A stretch of 30,605 nt of DNA from a virus (lineage: Duplodnaviria > Caudoviricetes), in the IMG/VR virus record IMGVR_UViG_3300015370_000035, positions 1 through 30,605 of that record; one strand, written 5' to 3'. The notes under the pieces were generated by a model, which was not told where the DNA came from, did not search any database, and worked only from the letters and a program-made list of their open reading frames with translations. Shown here piece after piece: positions 24,724 through 30,605 of the stretch. The position numbers were made by a program, and so were the translations under genes. Positions within the stretch are counted from its first letter, which is position 1. Every line of letters starts with the position of its first letter.

Positions 24724-24921
24724 TTGGCTCTAATAGATAATAATAAGTGTGATTATGTTTATGTGGTGCTTGGCACGCAAAGAGATAAAAAATCCGACCC
24801 AATATATAGAGGTTCTTTCTATTTTGAAGAAGGAGAAAATGATGATATAGGAAGAGTTCTTGATAGATTTAGAAAAAGTCTTTTTTTACTGCATCCAGTT
24901 TTTGAACGGAGCAATGAATAG
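24724..24921 (+). CDS. Hypothetical protein
   Basis: 65 aa; TTG start; weak RBS. Confidence 0.45.
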   Translation: MALIDNNKCDYVYVVLGTQRDKKSDPIYRGSFYFEEGENDDIGRVLDRFRKSLFLLHPVFERSNE

Positions 24922-24929
24922 GGGGAGAA

Positions 24930-25094
24930 ATGAACCCAATAGAAAAGGTTTATGAACAATTTAAACACCTTGATAAATTAATATCTGATATAACATTTTT
25001 AGATGGAGGAGATAAAATACATAGCCTCTGTTTTGAATTATGGCAAGCGATAAAATCAGAGATGAAAAGATTGAAAGAAAAGGAGTCCAAGTGA
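24930..25094 (+). CDS. Hypothetical protein (54 aa, MNPIEKVYEQFKHLD...LWQAIK)
   Basis: Not in the ORF track; GGGGGAG RBS; GTGA overlap with the next gene. Confidence 0.65.
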   Translation: MNPIEKVYEQFKHLDKLISDITFLDGGDKIHSLCFELWQAIKSEMKRLKEKESK

Positions 25095-25516
25095 AACAAT
25101 ACACCGAACAGGAATTCTCTGCATTATCTGACGATGAGTATAATCGGACTGTAGCGGAGGCGATGGGTAAATGTTGGCACGAGTATAAAGTTAATTTTTA
25201 TAAAGGAGACAGGGATAATAGAGAAAACTATAAATGTTGGAAATGTGGTAAAATAAATGATGCCCCCTATTATTCAACTCCCATGAACATTAACTATCTC
25301 AACTCTGCCGAAGGTTGCGTGGCGATGATGGAGTGGTGTGGCAAAAACATAGAAAGATTTATGATACAATCTGATATTAGGCAAAAGTTTTGGAGAGCAG
25401 GACAGCAAGAAAAAGGCACAACTTGGTTTGAGTGGATTGTTTTTAGCAAAACTTTAGAAGACATAAACACAGCCCTCGCAATAGCCATACTAAAGTCAAA
25501 AGGAGTTGTGGAATGA
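25091..25516 (+). CDS. Phage ABA-sandwich/BC1872-like protein, paralog B
   Basis: Start reassigned to GTG 25091 (AAGGAG RBS); shares blocks with 23303..23686. Confidence 0.6.
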   Translation: MKQYTEQEFSALSDDEYNRTVAEAMGKCWHEYKVNFYKGDRDNRENYKCWKCGKINDAPYYSTPMNINYLNSAEGCVAMMEWCGKNIERFMIQSDIRQKFWRAGQQEKGTTWFEWIVFSKTLEDINTALAIAILKSKGVVE

Positions 25517-25866
25517 AAATAGAAAAGCAGGTTACCAGTTTAGAGCCGAGCAAGAAGCTGGAAGAGGCTGGAGTGAAGCAGGAGAGTGTGTGGTGTTGGT
25601 GTAATCACAATGGAAGCTGGGTAATAGAGTTATCTGAGACGGAATGCTTAGAAAGTAGCGATGGTGTAAGTGCCTTCACTGTTTCAGAACTGTTGGAAAT
25701 GTTGACGAATGAGGAGATTGTTGATTATATATATAGAGAAAAATATTTACACGACTGTTTAGATGATACTGACATTTGCAATCTAATAGATATATTCCGT
25801 TCCCCAGATAAACTTGCCGAAGTATTGATATGGGCGATAGAAAATAAACTTGTGGAGGAGAAATGA
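25513..25866 (+). CDS. Conserved phage hypothetical protein
   Basis: EKQVTSLE.SKKL.E.GVKQES...SAFTVSELLEML; coupled overlaps. Confidence 0.75.
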   Translation: MKIEKQVTSLEPSKKLEEAGVKQESVWCWCNHNGSWVIELSETECLESSDGVSAFTVSELLEMLTNEEIVDYIYREKYLHDCLDDTDICNLIDIFRSPDKLAEVLIWAIENKLVEEK

Positions 25867-27023
25867 CCCGTTCCCGCTGGCAGTTTATTCTCATGGTAAT
25901 TATCGCAGCTTTCGCATTTAGAGTAGCCTATGTCTCAACCCTATCTTGCGACAAGTTTTACTTTGCCGATTCCCTGCAATTTAACGAGATGGCTGTAAAC
26001 TTTCTCAATGGCAATGGTTTATCCGTGGGAGACAGCTATGCCTTCAGAATGCCACTATATCCACTGTTCCTTGCCGTATCATATCGTATCTGCGGAGTTA
26101 TGCAGTTAGACGCTGTCAGGATTGCCCAGTCTCTCATATCCGCTCTAACGATACTGTTTATCTACCTCACGGCTGTTCTCGTATTCAACGAGGCTGTCGG
26201 CAAGTTATCGGCAATAATAGCAAGCATATACCCATTCTTCATATATTACAGCGGTGCCATTTTAACCGAAACATTATACATATTTCTAATCTCAATAACA
26301 CTATGGTTTTTCGTTAAGCGAAAATATATCTGGGGGGCTGTATTCATAGCACTGTCTACATTAGTAAAGGCGGAAATATCAGGGTTTATGTTTCTTGCTA
26401 TACTGTATGCTCTGATTACAGTGCCAAAGCCGCAGAAGCTGAATACCATTATAGCGATGATGGCGGTGTTCCTTTCCCTGATGTCTCCGTGGGTTATAGG
26501 GAACTATATCGTATTAAAGCGGTTTGTCCCCCTGTCTACAATGGGCGGAAGGGTTTTATGGGAAGGTAATAATCCGCAGAACTTATCTGGCGGTCCGTGC
26601 CACTATTTCCCCTTACAATCTGATGGGTTAGATGAAGTAGAAATTGACAGAATGTATAGAGATTCTGCAATAAAGACAATTAAGAATAATCCCAAAGCAT
26701 TCCTAAAGCGCTGCGGCAGAAAGTTTTTGCGGTTCTGGAATGTTAGGCTAAATACAGACAACAAACTGTATGCTACAAAGAGAAACAATATCGTATCAAT
26801 GGTATCGTTCCTACCCGTGCTTGTGCTTTTTACAATGGGGTTATTTGTCTCATTTGTCAACAGGGATAGACCACTGATAATATATCTATTCATACTGTAT
26901 ACCCTGCTCATAAACTTGGTGTTCGTTTCGTCGTTGAGGTATAGATTACCAATAGAGATGTATCTGATAATGTTCGCAAGTTATGCTTTGTATTTTCTCT
27001 TTAGCGAAGTAATACACAAATAA
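25863..27023 (+). CDS. GT-C membrane glycosyltransferase (ArnT/PMT_2-like)
   Basis: Many TM helices; acidic first loop FADS, RMPLYPLFLA, LTETLY, PW...N, RYRLPIE. Confidence 0.85.
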   Translation: MTRSRWQFILMVIIAAFAFRVAYVSTLSCDKFYFADSLQFNEMAVNFLNGNGLSVGDSYAFRMPLYPLFLAVSYRICGVMQLDAVRIAQSLISALTILFIYLTAVLVFNEAVGKLSAIIASIYPFFIYYSGAILTETLYIFLISITLWFFVKRKYIWGAVFIALSTLVKAEISGFMFLAILYALITVPKPQKLNTIIAMMAVFLSLMSPWVIGNYIVLKRFVPLSTMGGRVLWEGNNPQNLSGGPCHYFPLQSDGLDEVEIDRMYRDSAIKTIKNNPKAFLKRCGRKFLRFWNVRLNTDNKLYATKRNNIVSMVSFLPVLVLFTMGLFVSFVNRDRPLIIYLFILYTLLINLVFVSSLRYRLPIEMYLIMFASYALYFLFSEVIHK

Positions 27024-27052
27024 AACTATCATTAAGTATTGAGGAGGGTAAG

Positions 27053-27562
27053 ATGACATATCTAGATAATTTCATTGACGAGATTCACTGTGCCGATTCC
27101 GTAGAGTTTATGAAAACTATTCCCAGCAATTCGGTGGATGCCTGCGTGTGCGACCCTCCGTATGGCTTGGAGTTTATGGGGAAGGAATGGGATAGGTTTA
27201 ATAGATTTGGAGTTGCGGGAGAAGAAGGAGAAAATGATTTAAAGGTGAAAAAGAATTTTAAGATATTACCACGATTTTTTAATAAGGATTTACTAAACTA
27301 TCAATCGTGGTGTCAGCAATGGGCTACTGAACTTCTGCGTATACTCAAGCCAGGCGGTCATCTCCTTGCATTTGGTGGCACGCGAACATATCACAGACTT
27401 GCCTGCGGGATTGAGGACGCAGGGTTTGAGATAAGGGATTGTATGCAATGGATTTATGGCTCAGGATTCCCGAAAAGTTTAAATATAGGTAAGGCGATAC
27501 TAAAACAAATTGAAAATGAATTAGAAAAACAGGGTGTAAAAGGAGAAATACAGTGGAAATAA
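27053..27562 (+). CDS. N6/N4 DNA methyltransferase (beta class), N-terminal catalytic half
   Basis: DPPY motif IV, RILKPGG, FEIRD, WIYGSGFPKS; no FxGxG SAM motif. Confidence 0.9.
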   Translation: MTYLDNFIDEIHCADSVEFMKTIPSNSVDACVCDPPYGLEFMGKEWDRFNRFGVAGEEGENDLKVKKNFKILPRFFNKDLLNYQSWCQQWATELLRILKPGGHLLAFGGTRTYHRLACGIEDAGFEIRDCMQWIYGSGFPKSLNIGKAILKQIENELEKQGVKGEIQWK

Positions 27563-28017
27563 AATGTAATTACTGTTCCAAAATGTTTGATTATAACGGT
27601 GGGAAATCACACTATAATAGGTCAAAACATCATTATTGTTCTCCAAAATGTTTGACAAAATCAAATACTATACACGGTCTTGCATCTAAAAAAAGAATAG
27701 GTGGAAAACAAGATAAGAGATATAGGATTTGGTGTAATGTAAAAAAGAGAGCAAAAAAAGATGGAACATTGTTTAGTTTAAAAATAGAAGAAATACCGGA
27801 AATACCAAAAGTATGCCCCGTTCTTGGTGTTAAGATAAAAGAAAATAATAAGTCTGCACCACTAGACAGTAGTCCTTCAATGGATAGGATAAACCCAATT
27901 TTAGGATATGTTCGTGGCAATGTGCGTATTATCAGCAATAGAGCAAATAGAATTAAATCCGACTCTACGATTGAAGAACTTAAATTGATATTAAGCGATA
28001 TGGAGAGATATATATGA
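27553..28017 (+). mobile_element. Free-standing HNH-type (homing) endonuclease gene inserted in the methyltransferase
   Basis: N-terminal CNYC...CSPKC; CPVLG...SPSMDRINP..GYVRGNVRIIS.RANRIK. Confidence 0.85.
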
Positions 28018-28859
28018 AAAAATATATAGTAAATATAGGTAATGAAAAAATTGAGATTATACAAGATACGAATGGCAAATTCATTAAACCTGATTTAGTG
28101 AAAGAAAAAGAACAATTTGGAACAGCGTTAAAACCTGCCTGTGAGCCAATCGTATGCTGTAGGAAGCCCCTGTCAGAGAAGAATGTGGCGAGCAATGTAT
28201 TGAAACACGGAACGGGTGGGATAAATGTGGATGGGTGTAGGATAGGTTTTAGTTCTCAAGTAGAGAAGGAGAAACATAAACAAGAATGGAATAGGGAATG
28301 GAAAACAGATTGGTTAAAACAGAGGCACGACCAAGAACCTAACTATCCCGGATGGAAATCAAGAAAAGAGTTCGGTAAGGATACACAAGGTCGCTTCCCA
28401 GCCAATGTGCTATTTGATGAGGAGGCAGCGCAGGAATTGGATAGGCAGAGTGAAAGCTCCTCCCGCTTTTTCTACTGTGCCAAAGCAAGCAAGGCGGAGA
28501 GGAATATGGGGTGTGAGGGGATGGAGGATAATGAAAAATATAACGATTTTGGATTAAAAGAAAGAATAGAAAATGGAGAACAAACAAATAGAAGAACAAA
28601 CGAACAAGCATTAAAATCAAAGAATTTCCATCCCACTGTTAAGCCCCTATCCCTTATGCGTTATCTCGTCAAGCTCGTCTGCCCCAAAGACAGTATCTGC
28701 ATAGACCCGTTTGTCGGAAGCGGAACAACGGCAATGGCTTGCAAGTCCGAGGGCATACACTATATCGGAATAGACAAAACGGAAGAGTATGTAGAAATCG
28801 CACGCAAGAGAGTAGGGGCGACACAATACCAGCCAGAGCTATTTAGGGGGTCTCAATGA
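28014..28859 (+). CDS. N6/N4 DNA methyltransferase, C-terminal SAM-binding half
   Basis: GTALKPACEPI..CRKP, GRFPAN, SRFFYCAK, HPTVKP, DPFVGSGTT. Confidence 0.9.
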   Translation: MKKYIVNIGNEKIEIIQDTNGKFIKPDLVKEKEQFGTALKPACEPIVCCRKPLSEKNVASNVLKHGTGGINVDGCRIGFSSQVEKEKHKQEWNREWKTDWLKQRHDQEPNYPGWKSRKEFGKDTQGRFPANVLFDEEAAQELDRQSESSSRFFYCAKASKAERNMGCEGMEDNEKYNDFGLKERIENGEQTNRRTNEQALKSKNFHPTVKPLSLMRYLVKLVCPKDSICIDPFVGSGTTAMACKSEGIHYIGIDKTEEYVEIARKRVGATQYQPELFRGSQ

Positions 28860-29545
28860 AACTATCAGTTATCATACCTGTATACAACGAGCCAGACACA
28901 ATTAGGCGTATAGTAAACAGAGTAATGAAAGTTGATATGGAGAAAGAGATTATCATCATAGACCAGTCCACGGATGACACATACCGCATAGTTGGAGAGA
29001 TTATGTCCTATGCTCCCGTCAATCAAAGCGATATAAAATTATTCAGAATGACTAAGAAGAAATCTGACGGCAAAGGTTCGGCGATACGGGAAGGGCTTAA
29101 ATATGTAACCGGCGATATAGTAATCATACAGGACGCAGACTTGGAGTATGATCCCAACGATTACTACGAGCTTGTAAGGCCTATAGTGGAAGGCAGGGCA
29201 AGTGTGGTGTATGGCTCAAGGATTTTGGGCAATAATGAGAAGTCATCCCTATGTTTCTACTTGGGCGGAAGGTTGCTGACATTCCTTGCTAATATTCTCT
29301 ACAAAGCCAACATTACAGATGAGCCGACCTGCTACAAGGTATTCCTGACAGCCGTGATAAAGAGTATTGACCTGAAGTGTAAGCGATTTGATTTCTGCCC
29401 CGAAGTTACTGCGAAAGTCAGAAAGATGGGATATGAAATACTTGAAGTTCCTATCCACTATTATCCTCGCTCACTTGAAGAAGGCAAGAAGATAAGGTGG
29501 CAAGATGGGATTGAAGCGATATGGACGCTGATAAAATATAGATAG
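28856..29545 (+). CDS. GT2 DPM1-like polyprenyl-phosphate glycosyltransferase
   Basis: LSVIIPVYNE, GKGSAIR, IQDADLEYDP, VVYGSR, TD..TCYK, GKKIRWQDG. Confidence 0.9.
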   Translation: MKLSVIIPVYNEPDTIRRIVNRVMKVDMEKEIIIIDQSTDDTYRIVGEIMSYAPVNQSDIKLFRMTKKKSDGKGSAIREGLKYVTGDIVIIQDADLEYDPNDYYELVRPIVEGRASVVYGSRILGNNEKSSLCFYLGGRLLTFLANILYKANITDEPTCYKVFLTAVIKSIDLKCKRFDFCPEVTAKVRKMGYEILEVPIHYYPRSLEEGKKIRWQDGIEAIWTLIKYR

Positions 29546-29554
29546 GGGGAATAG

Positions 29555-30088
29555 ATGAAAATCACAAAAGAACTACTGAGGAGATGGGGTCTCTTAGAAT
29601 ATAATACGAGATGGTGTGACAATTATAAAGAAACTGACGGATTGAAATTGGTTAAAGTGCTGATAGAGGATAATCAATTATCGTGGGCTAATTGGCTCAT
29701 TTCACACCTAATGAATTACGAACAGAGAGTTTCTTATGCGGTTTTTGCTGCGGAGCAAGTTATAGATTTGTATGAGGAGAAGTATCCTAATGACAAACGA
29801 CCACGAGAGGCGATAGAGGCAGCGAAAAAGTGTATTGAAAATCCAAGTAAGGAAAACAAAGACGCAGCTTATGCGGCGGCATACTTGGCACGCTTATCAG
29901 ACGCCTTGGTAGACTCATCGTATGAAGCAGTATACGCAGTATCTGCGGCATCATACGCAGCATACACATCAGAAGATGAAGAAGACTCTGCAGAATATGC
30001 GTCATACGCAGCAGATGAAGCATCGGTAGACTCAGAAATGAAAGTCAAGATACTTAATTATGGAATTGAATTATTGGAAGTCAAATAG
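29555..30088 (+). CDS. Imm5-like phage protein with Ala/Tyr-rich repeats
   Basis: AEQVIDLYEEKYPNDKRPREAIEAAK followed by AAYAAAY-type repeats. Confidence 0.6.
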   Translation: MKITKELLRRWGLLEYNTRWCDNYKETDGLKLVKVLIEDNQLSWANWLISHLMNYEQRVSYAVFAAEQVIDLYEEKYPNDKRPREAIEAAKKCIENPSKENKDAAYAAAYLARLSDALVDSSYEAVYAVSAASYAAYTSEDEEDSAEYASYAADEASVDSEMKVKILNYGIELLEVK

Positions 30089-30099
30089 AGGAGGAATAG

Positions 30100-30507
30100 A
30101 TGAAAAATGTTGAGCAGAAGACATTTGTTTGCGAGGAATGTGGTGATGAATTGGGAAGAATTGATATTGAAGGAGAAAGACCGCAACAACTTTTTTGTAG
30201 AAAGTGTAGTACAACAAACTGTTCTACCACTAAAGAAATTTATAATATTGCCAAAAAAATTAAAGCATATCATCAGTTTATAGATATGCGAGATATATGT
30301 AGTATTGTTTCAAGCACATTACAAACCATCTCTTCAGACGAACTCCGTGATGAGTTGAAGAAGATGGGGTATGTGAAAGTGAGGGAAGTTAAAATAGAAT
30401 CTTTTATAGAAGATACATTGGGAGAAGTGTCCGTTGAATATGGTGATGGAAAAGATAGATTGAAAATTGGCGACACAATCTATCTACCAGTTGAGGAGGG
30501 GAAGTGA
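30100..30507 (+). CDS. Zn-ribbon hypothetical protein
   Basis: CEECG...CRKC; GGAGG RBS. Confidence 0.7.
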   Translation: MKNVEQKTFVCEECGDELGRIDIEGERPQQLFCRKCSTTNCSTTKEIYNIAKKIKAYHQFIDMRDICSIVSSTLQTISSDELRDELKKMGYVKVREVKIESFIEDTLGEVSVEYGDGKDRLKIGDTIYLPVEEGK

Positions 30508-30605
30508 ATAGGAATTCAGTATTTAACTTAGTAATGCGAGGCAATAAAATACTCGGTACAAAGGTAGATATGTGCCATCTCACAAAGCCCTGCCTACGCA
30601 ATATG
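30504..30605 (+). CDS. Partial ORF running off the window
   Basis: GTG start overlapping the upstream stop, GGAGG RBS, open to the window end. Confidence 0.45.
   Translation, partial: MNRNSVFNLVMRGNKILGTKVDMCHLTKPCLRNM

Noticed and set aside
27553-28017. Group I intron or intein in the methyltransferase
   Set aside because: The three ORFs overlap with no non-coding core recognisable by eye, they are in separate frames, and intein terminal residues are absent; not excluded without a covariance-model search.
23303-30088. Diversity-generating retroelement suggested by the paralog repeats or Ala-rich repeats
   Set aside because: No reverse transcriptase in the window and no long TR/VR pair differing only at adenines.
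14701-30601. Minus-strand ORFs over the rightward arm (e.g. 17848..18528, 23824..24270, 27633..28064)
   Set aside because: Antisense to coherent, translationally coupled plus-strand genes.

Overview
A 30.6-kb segment of a tailed dsDNA bacteriophage or prophage with a bacterial host (GGAGG RBSs, sigma70-type promoters, NrdR and DnaA boxes). There are two divergent arms separated by a ~1.4-kb gene-free region (13.1-14.5 kb). The minus-strand arm (13.1 kb to 1) is the packaging/head operon: a tRNA-like element, GroES, probable TerS, TerL, a tiny basic peptide, portal, scaffold, cement, a glycosyltransferase-methyltransferase fusion, major capsid protein, four proteins with Sec-type signal peptides (one a polysaccharide deacetylase) and a membrane protein. 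The plus-strand arm (14.5-30.6 kb) holds small early genes, several highly structured leaders or ncRNAs, replication/recombination genes (DnaB-like helicase, PD-(D/E)XK nuclease), a radical SAM enzyme, a GT-C membrane glycosyltransferase, a DPM1-like GT2, and a DNA methyltransferase split in two by an HNH endonuclease gene. The most notable signals are: (1) two covarying type II hammerhead ribozymes that bracket a two-gene unit in a repeat-punctuated early region; (2) signal-peptide-bearing proteins in the head operon together with three phage glycosyltransferases, suggesting export and glycosylation of virion proteins; (3) the split methyltransferase; (4) a promoter-driven ~180-nt multi-stem RNA upstream of the helicase. 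All protein assignments come from motif recognition and gene order only; no database searches or folding programs were run.
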